NCBI GenBank assembly: GCA_039794845.1
Contig: JAUQVK010000041.1
Location: 1 to 39,962, forward strand
Source: Thermostichus sp. DRC_bins_24
GTDB lineage: Bacteria; Cyanobacteriota; Cyanobacteriia; Thermostichales; Thermostichaceae
DNA: 39,962 nt
Direction: 5' to 3'
Part shown: positions 9,453 to 17,815 of the stretch, in pieces
Numbering within the stretch: position 1 is the stretch's first letter
Layout: each line of letters starts with the position of its first letter
Notes under the pieces: model-generated
Seen by the model: the letters and a program-made list of their open reading frames with translations, nothing else
What the model was told of the DNA's origin: nothing
Database searches by the model: none
Made by a program: the position numbers and the translations under genes

Positions 9453-9744
9453 CATCCTCTCCACCCAATCGCCACTCGATAGGGGTGAAGATTCCTTGGG
9501 TCACCCCAAGGAGTTCCTGCTGCTGCGCACGGCCTGCAGTTTACACCGATTCTGAGCTACCCCCGCCAGACCCCCTCCCCAGGCCATTGGGTTTAACGTC
9601 TACCCTGTGGGTGGACAAACTCAAGCAAAGGCTGGATGTGCACCGGCGACGGCTATGTTTCTGCCCACCCTGTGGGAAGCAAGCTACAGAGTGCAGCTGT
9701 GGATATCCTGCACGGGTCGTCATGGTGCGTGCTCAGCTTAACAG
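9449..9744 (-). mobile_element. Non-autonomous IS200/IS605-family remnant (right end with omegaRNA-like structure; no TnpA/TnpB ORF)
   Basis: Minus strand ends GCAGGAAC-hairpin-AGGAATC-hairpin-GAGGATGTCAA, resembling tnpB-element right ends that terminate in TCAA. The left boundary is uncertain. Confidence 0.65.
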
Positions 9745-9751
9745 TTAAGAA

Positions 9752-9830
9752 CGACACACTTTTTGACTCCCCTCTCCCGCTTTGGGAGAGGGGCTACGGC
9801 CGGTGCCACGCTGCACCAAGGGGGTGAGGG
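9752..9830. repeat. 79-bp dispersed repeat, copy 2
   Basis: Matches 216-294. Has a perfect stem CCCCTCTCCC/GGGAGAGGGG and lies ~27 bp past the hemF stop. Confidence 0.85.
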
Positions 9831-9856
9831 AGTTGTTAACAAGGCCTGTCCCCTGA

Positions 9857-10876
9857 TTACCAATCCCGAGGTTGACGCAGAACCTGGTAGAGCTTGGCCT
9901 CCCAGGTATCAGGCTGTGGCTCATAGCCATATTCCCAGCGCACTAAGGGCGGCAACGACATCAAAATGGACTCCGTGCGGCCATGGGTTTGTAGCCCAAA
10001 GATTGTGCCCCGGTCGTAGACCAGGTTGAACTCCACGTAGCGACCGCGACGATACAGTTGAAACTGCCGTTCTCGCTCCCCCCATTCCATTCCCTGCCGC
10101 CGCTCCACAATGGGTACATAAGCGGGCAAGAAAGCACGGCCACAGGCTTGTACCAGTTGAAAAAGATGCTGCCAACTGCGGGATCCCACCCGGACTTGTA
10201 ACGACGGCGGCTCGGTTGAGGATGCCTTTGGCTCCGGATCCGCCTCCACCTGACCATCAGGCCGATAGAGCAGCCCAGGGCGTTCATCTTGATAATCGAA
10301 GAAAATACCACCGATGCCGCGGGCCTCACCGCGATGGGGCAAGAAAAAGTAGCGGTCACACCAGATCTTGAACACAGGATAGTAGGCGGGATCCAACCCG
10401 TCACAGGCTTCCTGGATCGTCCGGTGAAAGTGGATGGCATCCTCCTCGAACAGGTAGTAGGGGGTAAGATCCATGCCGCCGCCAAACCACCAAACCGGCC
10501 CCGCCTCAAAGTAGCGATAGTTCAGGTGTACCGTCGGCACATAAGGATTGCGCGGATGCAACACCATCGAAGTGCCCGTGGCATAAAAAGAATGCCCTGC
10601 CGCTTCCGGTCGCTGTTTCAAAATGGAAGGGGGCAGATGGGATCCGAACACCTCGGAGAAATTCACGCCCCCCTGCTCAAACACGCCCCCCTGCTGAATC
10701 ACCCGTGAGCGGCCGCCACCTCCTCCGGGCCGTTCCCAACTGTCTTCCCGAAACTTAGCCTTGCCATCCAAAGCTTCCAAACGGGCACAGATGTCATCTT
10801 GTAGGTGCCGCATAAATTGGCCCACCTGTTGGCGGGCATCCACCGGCAGACCCACGGGACTTGAGGTCAGCATCAT
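9857..10876 (-). CDS. hemF: Oxygen-dependent coproporphyrinogen III oxidase
   Basis: Motifs [53 protein letters not shown] and [12 protein letters not shown]. Confidence 0.97.
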   Translation of the reverse strand: MMLTSSPVGLPVDARQQVGQFMRHLQDDICARLEALDGKAKFREDSWERPGGGGGRSRVIQQGGVFEQGGVNFSEVFGSHLPPSILKQRPEAAGHSFYATGTSMVLHPRNPYVPTVHLNYRYFEAGPVWWFGGGMDLTPYYLFEEDAIHFHRTIQEACDGLDPAYYPVFKIWCDRYFFLPHRGEARGIGGIFFDYQDERPGLLYRPDGQVEADPEPKASSTEPPSLQVRVGSRSWQHLFQLVQACGRAFLPAYVPIVERRQGMEWGERERQFQLYRRGRYVEFNLVYDRGTIFGLQTHGRTESILMSLPPLVRWEYGYEPQPDTWEAKLYQVLRQPRDW

Positions 10877-10963
10877 AATTGCAGATTGTTCACAAAGATC
10901 AAAAGATCAAAAACACCATCACCCTACTCTCCGGCCGAGAGCGCTGCGGTGACCAGAGCCATT

Positions 10964-11206
10964 CTAGGTGGGAACCGCCTCATAAGGGCGTAGCCGTGCC
11001 CATTTGTTACGTTCCTCGCGGAAGCTCAGGCAGCCCACTACATCCCATTCCATCTCCGTGCCCCCATTGCGAATGTTCACGTTGATCTGGGGCCCCTCCG
11101 GCTCAAAATCCGGCATCAGGGTGAGGTGAGCTTGCTGATGCTGCGTTTCAACGGCGTGATAGGTGGTGCAGCGATCCACATACTGGCAGTGAATACAAAT
11201 ACACAT
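10964..11206 (-). CDS. ycf34: Ycf34 family Cys-rich protein
   Basis: 80 aa from ATG 11206: MCICIHC..VDRC.TYHAVE.QH...EWDVVGC, the Ycf34 pattern. Confidence 0.9.
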   Translation of the reverse strand: MCICIHCQYVDRCTTYHAVETQHQQAHLTLMPDFEPEGPQINVNIRNGGTEMEWDVVGCLSFREERNKWARLRPYEAVPT

Positions 11207-11548
11207 GGCTGCCGCCTGCAAGACACAGTTCGAGATTTCGACGATAGCATCCCTTCTCCGGAGGGGTTGGGGATTTGCATTTTCACAGACTCTCTTTGAG
11301 ACATTTCTTAGTAAAGATGGGCATCTCGTCGTCACTTGTCTAGAATCTCGACATATTTCGTCGGGCTGGGGCTTAATCCAAACTAGGATCAGGCTGTCGG
11401 TCTTGGCGGGGCTGGGGACGAGGATCCCACGGGTGAGTGACTACTGGGGCTGAGGCCCTGGGTGCGTCTTTCGGCACTTTATTAACCGCCTAGAGAACCA
11501 ACTTTATTCGCCCTTGAGAAGAAAACGCTTTATCCAGGAGGAACCCCC

Positions 11549-11857
11549 ATGAACACCTACGAGCGCTACCGCTTCACCTGCACCCTCTCCTTCGGGGATA
11601 TCTACGGCCAGATCATCGTCTGGCTGATTGTGATCTTCGCCAGCTTGGCTGCTGCCCTTTCCCTGATGAACAGCCCCCTCTACGCCTTTCTCACCATCGG
11701 GCTGATTTTGGTGATTTCTTTGCCTTTCTTGCTCTTCGCCTTCGTGACCACCCTGCTCAACCACATCGAGTTTGCGGTCGTGCCCCCTGAGGAGGAGGAA
11801 AACCCGGCCGTCTCTGGGGCTAGCTCTACGGCCAATCCGCAAGTGGCCGTCAGCTAG
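11549..11857 (+). CDS. Small cyanobacterial membrane protein (two TM helices), function unknown
   Basis: 102 aa with a strong RBS (AGGAGG), the segment CTLSFGDIYGQIIVWL and two hydrophobic stretches. Confidence 0.8.
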   Translation: MNTYERYRFTCTLSFGDIYGQIIVWLIVIFASLAAALSLMNSPLYAFLTIGLILVISLPFLLFAFVTTLLNHIEFAVVPPEEEENPAVSGASSTANPQVAVS

Positions 11858-12014
11858 CGGGAAATCTCGCAGATCTCCTGTCATCCCTTGCATTAATTTG
11901 GGTTACAGAGCTGAGTTGAGCCGTTCTGGAGGCTCCGTCTGAGATTTCCCGGAGAACTCCCCCGGCCGGGTTCTGGGGTGGTGCTACTCGCCAGCGATTG
12001 TTGTGTCACTCAGT

Positions 12015-12047
12015 GCCTCCCAACCGACTTCTGGTTGGGGGGCTTTT
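12015..12047 (+). terminator. Rho-independent terminator
   Basis: GCCTCCCAACC-7 nt-GGTTGGGGGGC stem followed by TTTT. Confidence 0.7.
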
Positions 12048-12104
12048 CAGCGGGTTAACATTTGTTTATAGTTTTAACAGAAGTGATTAGGGTGCTTTTG
12101 ATTG

Positions 12105-12281
12105 ATGGAGAACAGCCTAATGCAGCTGGACTATCGAGTTTATCGACTGGCGCGGCTGTTGAGCGAACATTTGGATTTGGGAGAGCTGGTTGAGGTTTCC
12201 ACCGGATCCCTGGGGGAAACAGAGCATTCCAGGGAGGAAGAAGAGGCTCTACTCGAGAGATTTTCGGCTTACTTGAGCTGA
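12105..12281 (+). CDS. Small acidic hypothetical protein (58 aa, absent from the ORF track)
   Basis: Hand translation MENSLMQLDYRVYRLARLLSEHLDLGELVEVSTGSLGETEHSREEEEALLERFSAYLS*. It fills an otherwise empty gap behind an AT-rich promoter-like stretch. Confidence 0.6.
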   Translation: MENSLMQLDYRVYRLARLLSEHLDLGELVEVSTGSLGETEHSREEEEALLERFSAYLS

Positions 12282-12373
12282 TTTGCTGAACCGAATCTTC
12301 ACCTGGGATCTTCACCTGGCGCGAGCGACAGGGATCCCCTAAGCTAAGTAGGCTATTCCCCATTGCACAGGAC

Positions 12374-13651
12374 ATGCAGATTCCCTCCTGGTGGCCGAGG
12401 CTCAGCTTTCAGGTCTGGCTGATCTTTATCGGTCGGCTGCTTTCCCAAACGGGAACCGGCTTTACCCTGTTCTACGCCACCATTTTCTTCGTCAACCAGG
12501 TGGGGCTGACCGCCACCCAGGTGGGTCTGGGTCTGGGCATCATGGCCTTTGCCGGGGTGTTCGGCCGCATTTTCGGTGGCTCGATGGCCGATGGGGCCTG
12601 GGGACGCAGATCGACTCTGATTTTATCCCTGGCCATCTCTGCCTTGGGATCCTTCGGGCTTGCCCTATCCCACACGTTTTGGGCCTTTGCCCTGGCTAAC
12701 GTCGCCGCGGGATTGGGTCAAGGGCTGTACTGGCCGCCTGCTGAAGCGATTGTGGCCGACCTGACCAGCCGCGAACAGCGCAACGAAGCCTATGCTCTCA
12801 ACCGTCTCGGGGATAACTTGGGCCACAGCATTGGGGTAGTGATGGCCAGCACCTTGGTGGCTCTGACGGGAGCCTACCGCCTTTTGTTTGTGATCGATGG
12901 AGTCACCTTTTTAATCTTTTTGGCGGTGCTCTGGTTTTTCATTCGGGAAACGCGAGTGCCCGGTCCGGTGGCGGGGCCGATGCTGGCGGGATGGAAAATC
13001 GCCCTGACGGATCGGTCGTTGTTGGTGTTTGGTCTTTCCAATATCCTCTTCACCACCTATGTGGCCCAGTTAAGCAGCAGCATGCCCCTTTACTTCCGCA
13101 ATGGGGTTGGGATCCCGGAGGTGCAAATTGGCGCTTTGTTTGCTTTACATGGCGCTCTCATTGGATTGTTACAAATGCCGGTGGCCCGCTGGCTGAACCG
13201 CTTTACTCGCATTCAAGGGCTGCAGGGATCCGCCTTACTGTGGGGCCTGGGGTTCGCTCTGGTTTGGTTGACGGGTGTCTCGACGGCGTTGGGATCTGTA
13301 CCGGCTTTGGCTTTGGCAATGCTGGCTTTGGCGGTGCTGTCTCTGGCTTTGGTGAGCTACAACCCTTCTGCCTCTGCTTTGGTGGTGGATTTGGCGCCGG
13401 ATCATCTGCGGGGGGTGTATCTGTCCATCAATTCCCTCTGCTGGGCGGTGGGCTTTGCTGCTGGCCCGATGATCGGCGGGGTAGCTTTGGACTTGCCCCA
13501 ACCTTGGACGGGAGGATTGTGGATCTTTTGGGTGATAACCGTGAGCCTGGTGTGGGGGATCCTCAGCCTTCTGGAACGCATTTTGCCTCGCAGGGTGAAT
13601 GTGGCCGCAGCCCTGCCGGTGAAAGAGCCCGTACCGCTTGGAGAACCCTAA
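12374..13651 (+). CDS. MFS transporter
   Basis: 425 aa, about 12 hydrophobic helices, MFS motif A-like GGSMADGAWGRR. Confidence 0.92.
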   Translation: MQIPSWWPRLSFQVWLIFIGRLLSQTGTGFTLFYATIFFVNQVGLTATQVGLGLGIMAFAGVFGRIFGGSMADGAWGRRSTLILSLAISALGSFGLALSHTFWAFALANVAAGLGQGLYWPPAEAIVADLTSREQRNEAYALNRLGDNLGHSIGVVMASTLVALTGAYRLLFVIDGVTFLIFLAVLWFFIRETRVPGPVAGPMLAGWKIALTDRSLLVFGLSNILFTTYVAQLSSSMPLYFRNGVGIPEVQIGALFALHGALIGLLQMPVARWLNRFTRIQGLQGSALLWGLGFALVWLTGVSTALGSVPALALAMLALAVLSLALVSYNPSASALVVDLAPDHLRGVYLSINSLCWAVGFAAGPMIGGVALDLPQPWTGGLWIFWVITVSLVWGILSLLERILPRRVNVAAALPVKEPVPLGEP

Positions 13652-13722
13652 AACCAGGCGGGCTTTGGATCCCGGTCTGGGGAGCAGTTTGTTAGGGTAA
13701 GGGCATTCTCAACCATCTGAGC

Positions 13723-14940
13723 ATGAGCCACATTTGCATTCTTGGGGGTGGGTTTGGCGGGCTGTACACAGCCCTGGAGCTAACCCGACAGCCCTGGCCG
13801 GAGCCGCCGCAGATCACCCTGGTGGATCGACAGGATCGATTTGTCTTCGCCCCGTTGCTTTACGAGTTGCTCACCGGGGAGATGGAAGATTGGGAGGTGG
13901 CCCCCCGCTTTCGGGATTTGTTGCCCCCTGAGTCGGTGCAGTTTCGCCAGGGATCCGTCACGGCCGTCGATCCAAAGGGGCGCACGGTCACGCTGGCGGA
14001 TGGGCAGAGCCTGGAGTACGACAGCTTGGTGCTGGCATTGGGGGGGGAAACCCCTTTGCAGAGGGTGCCGGGAGCAGCAGAGTTTGCCTTTCCCTTTCGC
14101 ACCTTGGCAGATGCCCAACGGCTGCGCGCCCATCTGAACCATCTGGAGGAGCGGGATCCAGCCCAACCCATACGTCTGGCGATTGCGGGGGCAGGGGCCA
14201 GCGGGGTGGAATTGGCCTGCAAACTGTCGGATCGGTTGGGATCCCGTGGCCGGATCCGGCTGATCGAGTTGGGATCCCGAATTTTGTCGGGGTTTGCCGA
14301 GTCCAGTCGGGAGGCCGCCCAACAGGCTCTGGCGGAGCGGAGGGTGCAGGTGGAGCTGCAAACCCAGGTTCTGTGCATAGAAGCCCTTCATGAGAGCAAG
14401 GCCCCCTCCTTTGGCCTGCAGCTACGGCGACTGGATACCGAAGAAATCGCCACGGATCCCGTCGATGGGGTGTTGTGGACGGTGGGCACCCAGATGGCGG
14501 CGGTGATCACCGCTTTGGAGTTACCCAAAACCGAGGGAGGGCGACTTCAGGTGTTGCCAACCCTACAAACCCCCACCTTCCCTGAGATCTTCGCCTTGGG
14601 GGATGTGGCCGCGGTGGTGGATGCCGACGGTCAGCCTGTCCCGGCCACGGCTCAGGCGGCTTTTCAGCAGGCCAGCTACTGCGCCTGGAACCTGTGGGCG
14701 TTTCTCACCCAGGAGCGGCCCCTTTTGCCCTTCCGCTACTGGTCGCTGGGGGAAATGCTCAGCTTGGGGGTGGATACAGCGGTGATCTCCGCCTTGGGCG
14801 GCTTAACCTTAACCGGTCCCCTGGGCTACTTGGCACGGCGAGCGGCCTACTTGGTGCGCTTGCCCACTCTGGAGCACCAACTGAAGGTGGGGTGGAACTG
14901 GATCCGCCGCCCTCTGTGGGAAGGGTTGTTGCCCCGTTAG
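13723..14940 (+). CDS. Type-2 NADH dehydrogenase-like FAD/NAD(P) oxidoreductase
   Basis: Motifs ILGGGFGGL, FAPLLYE, IAGAGASGVELA, IFALGD and PATAQAAFQQ. Confidence 0.9.
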   Translation: MSHICILGGGFGGLYTALELTRQPWPEPPQITLVDRQDRFVFAPLLYELLTGEMEDWEVAPRFRDLLPPESVQFRQGSVTAVDPKGRTVTLADGQSLEYDSLVLALGGETPLQRVPGAAEFAFPFRTLADAQRLRAHLNHLEERDPAQPIRLAIAGAGASGVELACKLSDRLGSRGRIRLIELGSRILSGFAESSREAAQQALAERRVQVELQTQVLCIEALHESKAPSFGLQLRRLDTEEIATDPVDGVLWTVGTQMAAVITALELPKTEGGRLQVLPTLQTPTFPEIFALGDVAAVVDADGQPVPATAQAAFQQASYCAWNLWAFLTQERPLLPFRYWSLGEMLSLGVDTAVISALGGLTLTGPLGYLARRAAYLVRLPTLEHQLKVGWNWIRRPLWEGLLPR

Positions 14941-15740
14941 GATCCCCGCAACTGACAAGAGCGCTCATAGGCGGCCTGAACCGCTTGCATCAAAGCCCCG
15001 CGTACCCCCGCTTGTTCTAGAGCATCGATCCCGGCAATGGTGGTTCCTCCTGGGCTGGTGACCCGATCCTTCAGAAGGGCAGGGTGGAGGTGTTCCTGTT
15101 GCAGTAGGGTGGCGGTGCCCAACAGGGTCTGGAGGGCCAATTGGGTGGCAATCGGTCGGGGTAATCCCACCCGCACTCCGCCGTCGATCAGCGCCTCTAG
15201 GATCACAGCCAAATAGCCGGGGCCAGAGCCGGACAGTGCCGTGACTGCATCCATTTGGTTCTCGTCAACGGTAACCACCTCTCCGACAGCACGAAACAGC
15301 TTTTCCACCTGCTCCACCTGAGTGGGGGTGATGCCCGCTCCATAGCTAATCGCCGTCATACCGGCTCCCACGAGTGCTGGGGTATTGGGCATGGTGCGCA
15401 CCACCACCTGCTCAGGAAAAGCTTGCTGCAGCCGCTCCAAAGGGATCCCGGCCATGATCGAGATCACCAACTTTGTGGCAAGGGGCCGTCCCATCTCCGC
15501 CACAACGGCTGGGAAAACTTGTGGCTTAACGGCCAAAAACAGAATCTCCGACTCCCCCGCCTGGGCAAGATCCGAGAGCAGCTCAATGCCCAGCTCCTGC
15601 TGCAGGGCTAAGGCCCGAGCCGAATTCGGTTCACGCAAACCCATTTGAGCTGCAGGACAAACCCCCGCTGCCAGCCAACGGCGCAACAGGGCAGAGCCCA
15701 TAGCACCACCGCCGATGACGCTAAGCCACAGTCGCTCCAT
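14937..15740 (-). CDS. proC: Pyrroline-5-carboxylate reductase
   Basis: Motifs IGGGAMG, LAVKPQ, RTMPNTP, TALSGSGP and VTSPGGTT. Confidence 0.96.
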   Translation of the reverse strand: MERLWLSVIGGGAMGSALLRRWLAAGVCPAAQMGLREPNSARALALQQELGIELLSDLAQAGESEILFLAVKPQVFPAVVAEMGRPLATKLVISIMAGIPLERLQQAFPEQVVVRTMPNTPALVGAGMTAISYGAGITPTQVEQVEKLFRAVGEVVTVDENQMDAVTALSGSGPGYLAVILEALIDGGVRVGLPRPIATQLALQTLLGTATLLQQEHLHPALLKDRVTSPGGTTIAGIDALEQAGVRGALMQAVQAAYERSCQLRGS

Positions 15741-15830
15741 GCCGGAACCAAGAGAGATAGGGGGCTAAACACAAAGGGGCTTGGTAACCCAGGGCTTTGC
15801 CCAGTTTCGGGGCTTCGAGGCTTGCCAACC

Positions 15831-15864
15831 TTTTAGTGCTGGTTTTAGTGCTGGTTAGTGCTGG
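15831..15864. repeat. Short tandem repeat (TT)TTAGTGCTGG x3 downstream of sepF
   Basis: Units at 15831-15842, 15843-15854 and 15855-15864. On the minus strand they echo the sepF terminus CAG CAC TAG. Confidence 0.85.
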
Positions 15865-15873
15865 CCTACCTAC

Positions 15874-16536
15874 CTAGTGCTGCCCCACTGCTTGCAGATG
15901 CTCATAACCACCGCTCGACCAGAGAGGTGCAGGGGTTTGCAAAGGGCGCTGCAAAGGTTGCCCCATTTGGCTGCTCGGGGTAGAAACTGTCACCGTGCTG
16001 GGGGTGAACAAAAAAATGTTTTCGCCAATACGCTCCTGGTGGCCATCGATGGCATAGGTGCCGCCCGCAACGAAATCCACAGAGCGCTGGGCATCGGCGG
16101 GATCCATTAGGGTCAGGTTCATGATCACGGTCTTGCGATCCCGCAGGTGTTGCACCACCTGGGCCATTTCATCAAAGCTGCGCGGCTCTATTACCACCAC
16201 TTCGCTGGTGGGCTGGCTCACACTCGGCAAGCCGATCACGTTGCTCCCCATACCGCCCCCTCCTAAACGATCCCGATGTTGACTGCGCCGATGGCTACGA
16301 GACTCTTCCCGATTCCCAGAGCCCTCTGAGGCTTCCGTTGCCCGCTGTCGCCGTCCTCTTGAAAAGGACTCTGCCTCCTCCTCTTCAAGGGAAGCAGCTG
16401 GCGTGGAATGACGCCCCTCGTAGAGCACTCGATAATCGTCCTGCCCTTCCATTTCAGAGTACTCTTCTAAGCCATCTACGGGATCCGTCAAGCCCACAAA
16501 ATCTCTTACCCTGCTCCAGATTCCATTGACATTCAT
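15874..16536 (-). CDS. sepF: Cell division protein SepF
   Basis: N-terminal amphipathic helix, NVIGLP and EPRSFDEM...[17 protein letters not shown]...IFLFTP. Lies between yggS and proC. ATG 16536 follows GAGGA. Confidence 0.95.
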   Translation of the reverse strand: MNVNGIWSRVRDFVGLTDPVDGLEEYSEMEGQDDYRVLYEGRHSTPAASLEEEEAESFSRGRRQRATEASEGSGNREESRSHRRSQHRDRLGGGGMGSNVIGLPSVSQPTSEVVVIEPRSFDEMAQVVQHLRDRKTVIMNLTLMDPADAQRSVDFVAGGTYAIDGHQERIGENIFLFTPSTVTVSTPSSQMGQPLQRPLQTPAPLWSSGGYEHLQAVGQH

Positions 16537-17025
16537 CACGCACATCCTCACTAAAGGTTATGGGTTGCGCCAAGCGCAAGATTGAAACTCTTAAGCAGCT
16601 CATCTGAGCTGAAGGGGCACCTAAAAAATTCAAAGACTCAAGAGGCTGAGACAGGGTTTGCCTGAGAGGTTGTCGAGGCTAGGGGCTAACGGAGGTTAAC
16701 AAATCCCATTGACTCGACGAATAGAGTTTACCCAGGAGAAGCGAAAATGTCATCCCATTCACGAACAAGTTGCCCTTACAAGAGCAATCTTGAATTTCTA
16801 CCTAGGTTGAACACATGTTAACGGAAGTGACAGAAAGGATCGTAAATTTCCCTAGAATTCCCCCAAAGATGCAGGTTTCGGACCACACCCCCCCTGATTC
16901 TGCTGCACTTAGGCCGCAGCAGAACCCGGTTTAGTTCTGAAAATACCCCCAAAAGACAGTTTTAGGGTCGGGAAACTCAACATAAATTTAATCGTAATTT
17001 AATGTCCTTGCGGGTAGGGGCTTGC

Positions 17026-17757
17026 CTATTCCAGGTCAGCATCCGCAAACAAAGACCGCCCCAGCCGAATCAAGGTAGCGCCAGCTGCCACCGCCAGAGG
17101 GTAGTCATCGGACATGCCCATGGAGAGGGTGTGTAACTGAAGGTGCTCGTAGCCGCTGCGTTGAATGTGATCCGCCAGCTCCACCAGCTTGCGAAACAGA
17201 TCCAGGGCTGCTTCGGAGCTTAACCCCAGGGGCAGAATGGTCATCAGGCCCACAATTTGCACCTGCAGCAGTTGATCCAGTTGGGGCAGGCTTTGCAACA
17301 GATCGGGGATGAGCCAGCCGGACTTGTTGGGGTCAGGGGCCAACTTAACCTGCAGGCAGACCTTGGGAGTGCGGTGCAGTTCCCAGGCTTTTTGGTTGAG
17401 CAGTTTAGCCAGGCGCAGGCTATCGACGCTGTCGATCCAGGCAAATTGTTTGAGGGCAGCTTTCACCTTGTTGGTTTGCAAATGCCCGATCATGTGCCAA
17501 ACAATATCCGACAGATCCTGCAGTTCCGCTTGCTTCGGGCCGGCCTCCTGAACGCGACTTTCCCCAAAATGTCGGATCCCGGCTTGATACGCGGCGCGGA
17601 TGTGGTCGACACTGTAGCCCTTACTCACCGCCATGATCTCCACATGGTCAGGGATCCCTTTCCGTATCGCTTGGATGCGGCGGTGAATCAGGTGCGCATC
17701 AACCGTTCCCATGGGCGGGCCGAAGGACTTGGAGGTGGACGGTGGCATCAGGGCCAA
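17026..17757 (-). CDS. yggS: YggS/PipY PLP-binding protein
   Basis: Motifs MAVSK, FGESRVQE, WHMIGHLQTNK, GLMTI and LSMGMSDDY. The start may instead be ATG 17748 or 17712. Confidence 0.95.
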   Translation of the reverse strand: MALMPPSTSKSFGPPMGTVDAHLIHRRIQAIRKGIPDHVEIMAVSKGYSVDHIRAAYQAGIRHFGESRVQEAGPKQAELQDLSDIVWHMIGHLQTNKVKAALKQFAWIDSVDSLRLAKLLNQKAWELHRTPKVCLQVKLAPDPNKSGWLIPDLLQSLPQLDQLLQVQIVGLMTILPLGLSSEAALDLFRKLVELADHIQRSGYEHLQLHTLSMGMSDDYPLAVAAGATLIRLGRSLFADADLE

Positions 17758-17815
17758 ATCAGGGATCCCTTAAAGATGTAAATCAAAGATGTAAATCGGG
17801 CAAAACAGCACAGCA

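Noticed and set aside
9535..9567. Minus-strand GGCGGGGGTAGCTCAG resembling a tRNA 5' end or Y-RNA-like element next to rtcB
   Set aside because: No complementary D-stem (GAGC), no T-loop GTTCGA and no acceptor-stem partner. It is better explained as part of the IS605-like element.
9449..10029. ORFs 9449-9748, 9541-9723, 9636-9827, 9745-9930 and 9763-10029
   Set aside because: No TnpA HUH or TnpB RuvC/zinc-finger motifs, and they run across hairpins and repeats. Probably spurious.
15831..15864. CRISPR or other guide array
   Set aside because: The repeats here and elsewhere in the window are short contiguous duplications without unique spacers, and no cas genes are present.
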